A stretch of DNA of 63,801 nucleotides, filler included, from Olpidium bornovanus S191 (lineage: Eukaryota > Fungi > Olpidiomycota), in the NCBI GenBank assembly GCA_017911155.1. It is 28 parts of 28 records of this genome, joined end to end, with 100 filler letters (N's around TTAATTAATTAA, not from the genome) between each part and the next. Parts side by side here need not be neighbours in the genome. Positions count along the whole stretch, not along the records: positions 12,618 to 14,199 come from JAEFCI010008618.1; positions 14,300 to 18,241 come from JAEFCI010008785.1; positions 18,342 to 19,801 come from JAEFCI010004036.1; positions 19,902 to 22,036 come from JAEFCI010012268.1; positions 22,137 to 23,193 come from JAEFCI010002834.1; positions 23,294 to 26,206 come from JAEFCI010005663.1; 22 more parts are not named here. The stretch is one strand, 5' to 3'. Positions 12,518 through 23,386 of this stretch are shown one piece after another (position 1 is the stretch's first letter; every line of letters begins with the position of its first letter). The position numbers and the translations under genes are program-made. Under the pieces are notes generated by a model, which was not told the origin of the DNA, made no database searches, and saw only the letters and a program-made list of their open reading frames with translations.

Positions 12518-12617
12518 NNNNNNNNNNNNNNNNNNNNNNNNNNNNNNNNNNNNNNNNNNNNTTAATTAATTAANNNNNNNNNNNNNNNNNNNNNNNNNNN
12601 NNNNNNNNNNNNNNNNN

Positions 12618-14199
12618 CATGCGCGTGTTTGTGCTCCTGGTGCCTTTGCTGTACGGGTCCGAGCAGGAGCTGATCAGGCGGACTGTGGACGACGGCGTCT
12701 GCGCGCTGATAGACGTCATCGCCGGCATCTCCAAGACCTCCAAACAGTTCGCGTCCGTCTACGCGGACGACGATCAACCGAACGTCGTCGCGGACGGAAG
12801 TCAACTTAGAACGTCCCAACCTGACATCCTCGCCAACGGCGACGTCGCGACGGACCTTCAACGGTTCGCGAACGAAGAAGGCCACCAAGAGGCGGCAAAA
12901 GGCGACACCGTAAAGATGAGGTTTCTCACGTTGGTCTCGCTGTACGTGAAATACGGCGGTTGCCTCACCGAAGCCCAGCTTGACAAATTGTTCGCGATCG
13001 CCTCCCGCGTCGCCCGAGACATGGCGAGCACGTCGTCCTGGCCGGGAACGCGGTGGTTTCGCGAATACGTCATCGGCACGGCCCTTGCTCTGAAAAATGA
13101 GAAAGAGGCGACTCTGGCCGTGTCCAGGGCTTTCAAGCAGCTCAGTGGCATGCTAAGGCAGCACGCGCGCGGGTTCGACTTTAGCCAATCGCTCTACGGG
13201 GTCACCGCCGCTGTCTTGGACTCAAGAAATTTTTTGCGCTGCGAGGAAACCAGCGTGCTCCTGCACGAAAGAATCATCAAGAGCGTGCTGGCCTTCATGA
13301 AAACGGAGACGGAAGAGGAACAGTGTGGACGGACAATGTACCCGGCGCTGGTCAAGCTCGTGGTGGCAGTCATGGAACGGTCCGACCGCGACGTGTACCA
13401 GGAGCTGGACAAATTGCCGAAGAGTCCCCGCGTCATGATGCACCTGATCCTCCCGATATGCTTCGAACTTAAGGTCAACCGGAACCCCGCGGTTTCGCGA
13501 GTCGAGCGGGCCGTGAACGAATTCTACTGGCACTGCCTGCTCTCTCACGTCCTGGAGCTCTGCAGGCTGCGGCCAAGCCGGCCCGCCGCGCTCCGAAGCG
13601 CCCGGAAGGCCAACGCGTCCACGGTTTTCGTTTCGGCGCGGACCAAGCTGCGCGACACGCTGACGCCCGGGCCGGGATCCCGGCGGGACACGCTTTTATT
13701 GGTCGCCGGCGACCGCGAGTCGCTTGTCGCCGGCGAACCGGAGGCGCTCACCGTGTACGACCCGGGGGACGCCGCCTCCTACCTGGCGGCCATAACGGCG
13801 ATTAAAGTGATACTGGTTCGCGCCGAACGCCTTATTACCTCTTGGAACATCTGGCCGCAGCTGGCACACCTGGTGAAACAGTCCATCTGCCACTTCGGAA
13901 ACGTCTTACGGAACGCGTCGATGGGAACGAAGGCCCTGGGCACGGCGCTCAGCTTCATCCTCTCCGCGGGAAAATACAAGTCGCACGGCAAAATGCAGCA
14001 GACCCTCCAGCCGGCGGATTACGCGACCTGGAGCATGCTGGAAATCATGGCCCACTATCCGATCCCGCTGGTCGCGTACATGAGAGGCCTCATACAAGAA
14101 AAGTTGGACGAGGCGGGGCCGATCACGCCGACTCTCGCTGGCGCGGGCGGCTGGGGCAGCAGCGTGGTGGACTTTCCCGACGGATCCGGGCCCCACGGC
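12618..14199 (+). CDS. UNC80-like alpha-solenoid protein, C-terminal region (partial at both ends)
   Basis: Frame open across the whole contig. AAITAIKVILVRAERL..WPQL and WSMLEIMAHYPIPLVAYMRGLIQEKL resemble metazoan UNC80 (ALKVILVCFERQL and WDFLDFIVRTRIPIFVLLRPFIQCKL, from memory). Confidence 0.65.
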
Positions 14200-14660
14200 N
14201 NNNNNNNNNNNNNNNNNNNNNNNNNNNNNNNNNNNNNNNNNNNTTAATTAATTAANNNNNNNNNNNNNNNNNNNNNNNNNNNNNNNNNNNNNNNNNNNNG
14301 CATGAAAAGCGGAACTGGCAGCAGGGAAAAGGTGACGCCGCGGGAACTGAACAAAATCGAGGGAAAAAGCCAAAAACGCTTTTGAGGGCAAAGTGAAGTT
14401 ATACCGCCAAGCTTCCACGCCAGAGGTTTTTGAAATACTGCGAATCTGGAAACACACTTGGGACGCCGAAAACTTAAACTGGACATGCGCTCCTTTCGCC
14501 GCCTGTTAATAACTAATGCGGGGCTCCGCTGGAGACCGTTCGGCAGCCGGTCCCGTTCTAGACGGTTCGACTCGGGCGAAGTCAAAAACGTTACTACAAA
14601 CAACATGAATCAGCACAAGTGGCTCCGAGTCGACCCGAGAAGCGCCCGTCCTGATAAGCG

Positions 14661-16971
14661 TCACAGCCTGCTGTCGAGCATCTTCCGAACGACAGCCGGC
14701 AGTTCTTCCAACATGTCCGACGCTTGCACCCCCCGACCAACCCTTTCGTAAGCCCGCCTGGACACCGCGCGGACGAGGTTGCATGCGCCGTAGGCGGCGA
14801 CCAGCGACGCAGGCTTTCCCGACCAGAGCCTCGGCATCTCTGCCGTCGCCTTCCCCGTCGTCTCCTTACCGTTGCTCTCTTCGTGCGTGCCCACCTGCTT
14901 TGCCGCCCGCACAGCCCACAGAAGCCAGACGGCCAAACAGCCCGTCAGCAAGTCTCCCTGCCCGCCGCAGCGTTTCAGGCCGCCAGGCTTGTCGCTCACG
15001 AAGACTGCAAGAAGCGCGCGGCGGCATACTGTTGTCAGGGACATGTTGTCCGGCTACGTTTATCCGTGGTTGTGCATCCACGCACCGTCTACGCCATTAG
15101 ATATGACGTCCACGTCGCCTTTCTCGACAACTGTCAGGCCGCCGAATGCTCTCGCCAACTTGGCGCTCATGGACGCTGCGGATCCTACGTTGCCACTGTC
15201 ACACTCGTCCACGTTCGCGTTGCCGCCGTCCTCGACCGCCAGATTCTGACAAATCCGAACAGATCCGCACTAGGGCTTGTGAGAGGTTGGCATAGATATT
15301 TCACGATGCGGGTAGAAAGAGGGAACGTACCACAGATTTGCACAGGCGGCCAAACTCGACAACATTTGGAGTGAGCACTGCGAGCCCATACCCCTTCACA
15401 AGCTCAGGGCGGTTGTGGACGAGAAACAGCGCATCCTGCGAACCACGTGCCAAAGCCATTCAGTTTGTGCTTTGACGGCCACGCTCAACCACGACTGCCG
15501 AACTCATTTCAAAAAATTATACCCCGTCCAAGACCAACAGCTTGTTATTCCTTTTTGCCACCTCGATGATTCGGCCGACGCACCGCATCGTGAGCTCGTC
15601 CCGGCCCAACCCCGGCCCAATGACGACCACGTCCATTCGGAACATCAGCCCTGACACCTGCCCGACCACGTTGTCCTCCGTCATCGGTCCGTGAACTTCA
15701 CCCCTAAATAAGCCAGTGCGGATGAGTGAGATGACGGTTTCTTGTCTAAAAAGTAGGCTTTCGTCCTGCCGCACAGACCAAGGCGGTGGACATTACGTTG
15801 TCGTGCTTGCGACGAGGTACGGGTAGACAATTACATCTGGACGCACTCATGAGTCACGATGCACCGTCTTCTCGTCAACTACGCACAGGTGCAATAATCA
15901 TCAACTCATACCTGGGGAATACGACTGCGGATGCTCGCATTAGCCGCAGACAATGAAATCCAAAGTCGACGCTTTCTTCTTGATTAGTAAATCGCCTTAC
16001 TTTGATGGCCGGTGCCGCGCTCCTCTCGCACACTACGTAGGCAAGGTCGGCGCCCTGCGGGGGGCAAAGTGGTATTACCCCAACCGAGTAAGCATAGAAA
16101 CGGAGGTCGGCTGGCGCATGTCGTTCAAAACGAAAAGATCTGCAACGTCCCACCGTGCGTAGAGCTGCCATGGCCGAGAAAAAAGGGGCTCCTGTATACC
16201 TAACACGTCGTCCCCCCCACAAAAAAAAAGGCAAAGAAGAAGCAAAGAAAATAGGGTGCGAGCGTCGCGGAAACTCTCGGACAAAGCCCACCCGGCGCCA
16301 CAACTATCGCTTCCAGGCGCAACCCGGGCGGGAAAACTCACATTTCAGCCCCTCCGATCACAAGCACTTTCCCTGAACGACGCGTGCAAAGCAGGTGGCG
16401 CCGTTGAGCGGCCGTGCGTTGGACAGCACGCCGGCCGGCCGCAGGCGCATTTCCGTACCGCATTCTCCCTTGCGCATTCCCGGCGTCAGCTTGACGACCG
16501 TCGACGCGAGCTCGCCATCCGCCGGGCGCAGCCGCGACGTCTTTTTCTGCAAATCCCCCATGCGCGCGCCTGCGCGTCCGGCTAAAAGGTCGCCCGGAAG
16601 ATGTCTTTTGTGGCGGATGTTTTTTTTTTCCCCCTTTGTGCGGGGCGAACTCTGGGGAACAGGCGAAGGCGAGGGAAAGGAAAAAAAAAAAAAAAAAAAA
16701 AAAAAAAATGAGTTTTCTGTCCACCGTCCGCCCGCTCCTCGCCCCAGCAACACGCTCGCTCCCCCGCCCCTTACGGCGGCCCAACGCGCTTACGCGCGGG
16801 GGTCCCGGGAGACTCCGCCTTGGCAACGGGCATCGTTCGCAGGAGCGCGTCCGCCACGTTTACCGCGGGCCGAAACGGCGCCAACTTCGCTAACCCCACC
16901 AACCCTTGCTGCGCGCGAGACGCGCGGTGGTCCCACGGACTCGCCAAACACGGGTTCATCGCGAAAGCCAA
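14661..16971 (-). CDS. NAXD: ATP-dependent NAD(P)H-hydrate dehydratase (YjeF C-terminal/CARKD family); 5' end uncertain
   Basis: Exons read [10 protein letters not shown] / [14 protein letters not shown] / [18 protein letters not shown] / SYSP / [16 protein letters not shown] / [12 protein letters not shown] / [10 protein letters not shown] / [36 protein letters not shown]. Confidence 0.92.
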
Positions 16972-17025
16972 ACCTCAGCAGCGGGGCAATTGGCAGCAAC
17001 TCCCTGTAGTGTGCTCGCGCGTCTT

Positions 17026-17526
17026 TGTCGGTGCTGCGAGCCGAAGGCGAAGCAGCGTCCGAGAATACGAGGCACGAGAGGCAGTTGAGCTAGCTATGAG
17101 TACTCACGCAGTAGGCTGGTATTTCTTCAAGAGAGCACTCATACCACGGCGAGCCTAAACGCCGCGGATGCTTCCGCGTCAATCCACCACGGTGCACTAC
17201 CTACGTGCGCCCAACAAATTGGGATTCGAACCCAAACCGTGATGAACTGATGAGGCTCCACTCATGATCACATTGATCATGATGCTCGTGCCTTTCGACA
17301 ACGAGACAGTCAAATCATCCCTCTTGCGAGAGGACTATGCACATCTTCCGATGTGGGCGGGCGGGTGGGTCATAGCTAGCTCAACTGCCTCTCGTACCTC
17401 GTATCCTCGGGCGCTGCTTCGCCTTAGGCTCGTAGCGCCGACAGGATACTACGGTAAACGAGGCAGTCCTCGTTAGCTGCTTTCACAGCAAACGGAGTTA
17501 GCTACCCTCTGCGGATTTCTCCGCAG
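17026..17526 (-). ncRNA. Unclassified highly structured element (candidate ncRNA, or non-autonomous element with long inverted repeats)
   Basis: 74-bp inverted repeat 17026-17099 / 17370-17443 (68/74 identical). Minus-strand hairpins are capped by GAAA, GAAA, GGAA, GCAA and GAAA, and there is a GGGUUCGAAUCCC T-loop arm. Confidence 0.55.
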
Positions 17527-17739
17527 TGCCAGAGACCATGTCCACATGGATTAGAGTCGGACGAAGCACGACATGTTCACAACACCGCATATCGTAATAA
17601 CGGAGCATTGTTGTTGGATAATCCCAACGATTAGCGGCCGTAACCGCTGGATCCTTTCCAGCATCCAATTGCGCAGTCGTGATGCTTTTGATCAGCACGT
17701 ACGGTGTGATCTTGGTCCTCGGGTAACCAAGTGTGGTCA

Positions 17740-18241
17740 TGTAATCCTTGATCCAGAATCGGTTGTTGCTTGTTCTGGCGTATGCGCATCCTTTGCGAGA
17801 CATGTCACGAGGAGAGTAGGTACCACTTTCCACGGAGCGCGAGCTGCCCAAGCCTGGTATACAGTGACAATGTCCGCTTTCGGGTCAACGGAAAGGTGTT
17901 CGCATACCAATGGTTGTACCTTTATTGCCGTCCGGCAATCCAATGTCTCTCCCGCTTCTTTCGGGGCAAAAACCGTGCCAGTGAACTGCGCATTGGTCCA
18001 TTGGACTTGTCTGCCAATCCGCGTCAAGCATGACGGTCTTCGTTTCGAGCCTAATGTCAATAAGGTACACAGCTTTCCAGCAAGTGAACAAAGCGTCAAT
18101 TTTTCATTTCACGGCCCGCGAATCATTCCGGCAATCACATCCTCTTCCAGGACGATTACTGAATCCGTTGATTTGGTTGCCGGCGCACCGTCCTCCACCT
18201 GCACTTCCAACATTTTCTCGGTGGCTTCTTCGCGCAATGCC
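17740..18241 (-). mobile_element. Possible degenerate retroelement gag/protease relic
   Basis: Stop-interrupted frame ..GKLCTLLTLGS.. ..VDPKADIVTVYQAW.. loosely follows the retropepsin layout (the DSG position reads TLG). Weak. Confidence 0.25.
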
Positions 18242-18575
18242 NNNNNNNNNNNNNNNNNNNNNNNNNNNNNNNNNNNNNNNNNNNNTTAATTAATTAANNN
18301 NNNNNNNNNNNNNNNNNNNNNNNNNNNNNNNNNNNNNNNNNCAGAGAGCGGATCGGACGGGAAGCCGACGCCGCGTCACGAAAGCCGATGGCGTGAAAGC
18401 GCCTAACAAAGGTAAGCCTCGAGACAACCGCTTCGCGCGACGACGACGCCGTGTTCGGCATGCGGTAATCCAGGACAGTGAAAAAAAAATCCAAGAAGAA
18501 AACTTGCCGTACGCGAACGCCCTGGGCCCTCTTGAATCACACACACGCACACACAGTCCGGAGGGCCGGTGCTTT

Positions 18576-18609
<34 letters not shown>

Positions 18610-18679
18610 CTTGATTATCAGGACGACCCTGAAGGCCCGGTTGAGGAATGGTCGAGGAAAGAAATTCACAGTGAACAAC

Positions 18680-18711
<32 letters not shown>

Positions 18712-19974
18712 CGGGAAAACGAAGAAGCCGACGTTGGAATCGTTAAAATCTTTTTTTACGTTCTGACCCGTTTCGCGCGCGGGCGCGCAATATTTTTCCG
18801 CAAACGGTTCTCCGACTTTCTTTCTCGACTGTGGATGGATTCGGAAGTTCTGGCCGGTAAATCCCGGAGACTTTTGACTCGTTTCTCCATTTATTCTTTA
18901 TTTATTCTTCTTCAGCAGCCCCCTTTTTATATTTCTTTTTTTTTCTGTTCTTTTTCTACGACCGGCCCCAGTTGGAAATGCAAGATTCGGCAAAAACGGG
19001 GTCTAGAGCAGACTAGCGGCCGGCTTTCGCCAATAACTAAACCAGACTCCGAAAAAGGGCAACGTAACAGTTGTTGTGTGCGCTGCCGAAATAGGCCAAG
19101 GCCTACGAATGTCCAAACACCTCCAGCTTTTGAGCCGAAGGTGATTTGCCTCCCCTCTTCTCCACTAATATAGACGATAAGTGTGATTTTCGCAAATCGA
19201 CGGATTTCGAAGAGATCTTCCCGCCATTAACCCGCCCCGACTCTCCGGCGCCACCCCAACGGCGCACCCACCAGCACGCCCCCACCGCTTTTCTTAGATT
19301 GCGGAAACCGGATGTCGTGCGCGTGAACACGCACACCTGCACCCCATAATCTCGCAGAAGTAGCAAGTGCACCCACACCTTTTCCGCCCCACCCCCGTGA
19401 TTTCAGCCCGGCGGGAAGCGCGTAGGCCGCAGTCGGAAAAAGTTCACTAGCAGCGCGGAAACGCTCCGGGGACAACGTATCATCGCATCAACAAATTCTG
19501 GGAGGTGTGTGAGTGTGTAAGGGTGGAGAGGTGGGAGCCGAATCGAAACAGTGCGGCAGAAGGGGGGAAAAAAGGCTTACCCGAACAAGGTGCCGGGAGA
19601 CCACAGCATAATGTTCAATAGGCAACCGACGTTATCTCCCTAAATCTCCGCATGGCCGCATGTGGCGGCCGCCTCACGGGCATGCTGGTGAGCAAAGCCG
19701 CCCCCGCGTGTTCCCCGCGCTTGAGGAACAGGTTTTTGGCCAGGTTTGGCAACACAGACCGTACAACAGCGGTCGATGGGTGGAGATGCGCCCGTCTCAG
19801 ANNNNNNNNNNNNNNNNNNNNNNNNNNNNNNNNNNNNNNNNNNNNTTAATTAATTAANNNNNNNNNNNNNNNNNNNNNNNNNNNNNNNNNNNNNNNNNNN
19901 NCTTTCTTTTTTTATTTGATCGGAAATCTTCTTTTCTTTTTTTGATTTTTTTTTTCCCCGTTTGTGCTGTGAGA

Positions 19975-21117
19975 AGCGGATCCCCCACAGACCTTCCTTT
20001 CTGAGCGTGGTCATCAACATGGTCGTCAGCCGCGGGGGCCGCTTGTAGTCGCCCTGGAATAATTTACGTAAAGGAAATAAGAAAAATTAAAACCACAAGG
20101 AAAAGACGCTTCTTTCGGCTCGGCGTTTTCCGTCCCCCCTCTCTTCCCTCTTCCCCTTTTGCGGCCGCCGCAGAAACGCACAAAACTCCCGAGGCGAAGG
20201 GGTCGCCCGTTACCCGCTCAGACATGACCCTGGTCTTGAGGACTTCGAGCGGAAACAGCATCGTGTCTGTCGGACAAAAAAAAAAAAATGGAAGGGCCCG
20301 TCCGTTCGGAAGGCGGCGGGTTGGACAACATGTAAATTTAGAGAATACACCTCCCCCACCTTGTGGGCGGGAAATAAAATTCAACATCGGGCAGCGCATT
20401 CTTTTTGAATGCAGCCGAGACGGGCCACGACGAACACACATACACACTCTCTCTCCGTCTCATTTTCCGTCTCTTTTTTTTCTCTCTTTTTCTTTTTCTC
20501 TCTTCCTCTCATTCACCCTCTCTCACCGACTGCGAAGATCCACGCCGAGCCGTACATCGCGTACGTGGAGAAGTGGAGATCCGACCACCGCGCGCTGCGT
20601 TGCGGCGGCTGCCCGCCGTCCCCCGACGGCCCGCCGGCGGCGTCGGCTCGGTTTTCCGCTTCGACGCCTGCCGAAGGCTTCTTCTCTTCCTCCCCCGCCG
20701 CCGCTGCCGGCAACATTTTTTTTTTCCTTTTCTTTTGGGCGAGGGCGCCGCGGGCCGGGTAGGTGGGGGGGGGAGTGAGGTGATCGTCAATGAGGTTTTT
20801 CTTTGGGCATCGGCCAATTATCAGGAATAAATAACGTTTCAATACATTCCACCCCATCCCCCACCCTTGCTGGCGGGGGTGGGGGGAGCGAGGCAGAGAA
20901 CCCGGTAAAGACGTTTCTGCGAGTGCGCGCGATTTTTTTTTTTTTTTTTTTTTTTTTTTTGTTTTTTGGTCGCCCCGGGAGGTCGGTTTCTTTTTCCAGT
21001 TTCCCGGGAACGCCCGGTGAAGATTGGGAGAGGTGCGTGCGTGTGGCGGGGGGGGGGGGAGGTGGACGGAATCGAGGGACCAAGTTTTCGATCTTTCGGG
21101 TTAGACGAAGAGTCCAT
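19975..21117 (-). CDS. Mitochondrial carrier family protein (SLC25A44-like), N-terminal part; start uncertain
   Basis: WSDLHFSTYAMYGSAWIFA / DTMLFPLEVLKTRVMSER (PxExxK signature) / TTLRKEGLWG, across GT-AG introns. Confidence 0.8.
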
Positions 21118-21833
21118 TGTAAGTGGACGAGGGAAAACGAGCACCAGGGGGTACAACAGGGCGGGGGGAGGGAAGGTGCGTAGAGGTCGAAACGTCGAAG
21201 GGGCAGGACCGGCGGATAAGGGCAGTGACGTCGGGTTTGAGAGACAGCTGGCGGTCGAACGTTGAGTACGGGCTCCAGCGCCGCCCCTTTTTGTTGCCCG
21301 CCTTGCTTTGGCGTGCATTCTGCGCATGTCAAAATCCCCCTCCCCCGTACAAAAATCGGTCGACATGTGTTCGGGCCGGATTTGCAAGGCAGATCTGGAC
21401 GGCAAACTCGGAGGGCAGACTCCGAAGACAGAAAGATCCGGAGTCTCGAAAAAAAAAAAAAAAAAGACGGATCCCGAAAGGAACGCATATCTGGAGTACA
21501 GGCAGACCCCGGCGCCACCTCTGAGGGCGCGGAGACCCGCCGAAGCGCAATGACCATAATACCGGCGCCAGAGCCACCCTGGGCATTTCCCGGCTGAGGG
21601 TTGTTGCTCGGGTGGTCCCTCGTTGACGCTTCGCCGCCGCTCTCCCGTCGCTCACGCCACACCGCCTCGCTGCTGCTCGTCATTTCACCCGCTTGTTGTC
21701 CCCTCGTCGCTGCTTGTGTCATCTGGCATTGCGCGCCGCTCCAGCCCCGCCCGGCCCGCCGTCGCCTTTCGTCGGTTTCGCCCGCGTTTATTTTTTTTTC
21801 CCTCGCTCGGACGGTCGTTGCAAATTTCCCACG

Positions 21834-21867
<34 letters not shown>

Positions 21868-21937
21868 CCCCTGTCGCGGCTTGGCGCGCGGGGAGGAAGT
21901 CACATTCTCTCTGCCTTTCCTTCCCGCACACCGCCGG

Positions 21938-21969
<32 letters not shown>

Positions 21970-21998
21970 GCCGCCCCCCCCCCCCCCCCCCCCCAAAC

Positions 21999-22029
<31 letters not shown>

Positions 22030-22141
22030 CCCCGACNNNNNNNNNNNNNNNNNNNNNNNNNNNNNNNNNNNNNNNNNNNNTTAATTAATTAANNNNNNNN
22101 NNNNNNNNNNNNNNNNNNNNNNNNNNNNNNNNNNNNAGAAA

Positions 22142-22198
<57 letters not shown>

Positions 22199-22317
22199 GT
22201 CAAAACACTCGCGTCGCCCGCGCGCGGTATGGACTCACTCGCCCTTTTGCGAACGATCTCGATTTCCCCCCCCCCCCCCCCCCCCCCCCCCCTTTCCCCA
22301 CTGCCGCCAATCACTTG

Positions 22318-22677
22318 CAGAACGCGTACGGCCTGATGACCGAGGTCCGTGGCTTCGGCGGACACGCGTTGTGGTCGAGCCCGTGGTTCTGGTCGCTGAC
22401 GGTCGGCTGCCTGGCGCTGTTTTTCGCCTGGTCGTGGAAAACCACAGCGAAGGCGGCCGTGCGGCTCATGGGGCTGGTCGTTCCGGTCGCCGTCCGCGGT
22501 TACGTCCACCTCGAGTGCTATTCGGGCCTGCTGCTCGGCTCGGCCGGCATCCTCTTCTTCCTGCTGGACAGGAGGCGGGTCGTCGCCTCCCACGCGCTGT
22601 GGCACGTCTTCGGCGGCCTCTGCCTGCTGTTCACGTCTGTCGACGTCGCGAAGAGCTACATGGGCCAACGAGCGTGA
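22318..22677 (+). CDS. CREST-superfamily multi-pass membrane protein (ceramidase/Per1/PAQR-like), last exon
   Basis: Several hydrophobic segments ending in SHALWHVFGG, the HxxWH metal-binding motif of CREST helix 7. Stop at 22675-22677. Confidence 0.65.
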   Translation, partial: QNAYGLMTEVRGFGGHALWSSPWFWSLTVGCLALFFAWSWKTTAKAAVRLMGLVVPVAVRGYVHLECYSGLLLGSAGILFFLLDRRRVVASHALWHVFGGLCLLFTSVDVAKSYMGQRA

Positions 22678-23293
22678 CGTCGGGGATGGCGGCGCGGGGC
22701 GGGACGGACGGCGGGGCCGGGGGAATGGGGAGGGGGATGGGGAAGGGGAGGGGAAGGGGTCTCCAGAGGAGGATCCAACCCGCCTAATATTATCGCCTCC
22801 TTTTTGTATATTGCTTGCACCACCACCCATGCGCCATTTGTCCTCGTTTTTAATGAAATTTGCACTTTTATTGTTTTTTTCCCCTCCCCCTTCAAGAAAC
22901 AGTTTCCTCAGTGTACTCCCGATATGTCCTTTTGGACGCAGAAATAGAAACTTTTGCAACGCTAAAAAAGGAATTTTTTTCGTGAAGGAACCTTCATCGC
23001 GGAGACGGAGAGGGGAAAGACAAGATAACATGCACACGGACTCTAGAAAAAAAACCGGATGAAAGAGGGGACGGGCAGAAGCAGACCGGCGCCGAGAGCA
23101 AAAAGCACACCCCCCCCCCTCGTCGGAGTGACGACGCCGAGACCATTATTTCGCGCGGGACGCCGGCCGGGGGGGGGGAACCGAGGGTGGGGGNNNNNNN
23201 NNNNNNNNNNNNNNNNNNNNNNNNNNNNNNNNNNNNNTTAATTAATTAANNNNNNNNNNNNNNNNNNNNNNNNNNNNNNNNNNNNNNNNNNNN

Positions 23294-23386
<93 letters not shown>

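Noticed and set aside
17229-17238. AACCCAAACC as a telomerase RNA template
   Set aside because: It does not match the CUAACCCU template expected for TTAGGG telomeres, it overlaps the T-arm, and the tetraloop evidence favours the opposite strand.
17190-17300. tRNA gene suggested by GGGTTCGAATCCC
   Set aside because: No cloverleaf: no matching acceptor stem, D-arm or anticodon arm. Kept only as an isolated T-arm/B-box.
17247-17305. Hammerhead ribozyme (CTGATGA at 17247)
   Set aside because: CUGAUGA is on the plus strand, but the nearby GAAA is on the minus strand. No plus-strand GAAA follows a stem II.
17000-17450. SRP RNA or RNase P/MRP RNA
   Set aside because: A CUGUAGU (Alu-like) word and a long helix are present, but I found no helix-8 AGG..GNRA..GCA motif and no complementary CR-I/CR-V P4 pair. 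An Infernal search would be decisive.
18342-19801. Possible coding fragments in this contig and in 28119-29466, 33884-35012 and 56440-57747
   Set aside because: Short protein-like stretches exist, but I could not assign a frame, strand or family with any confidence.
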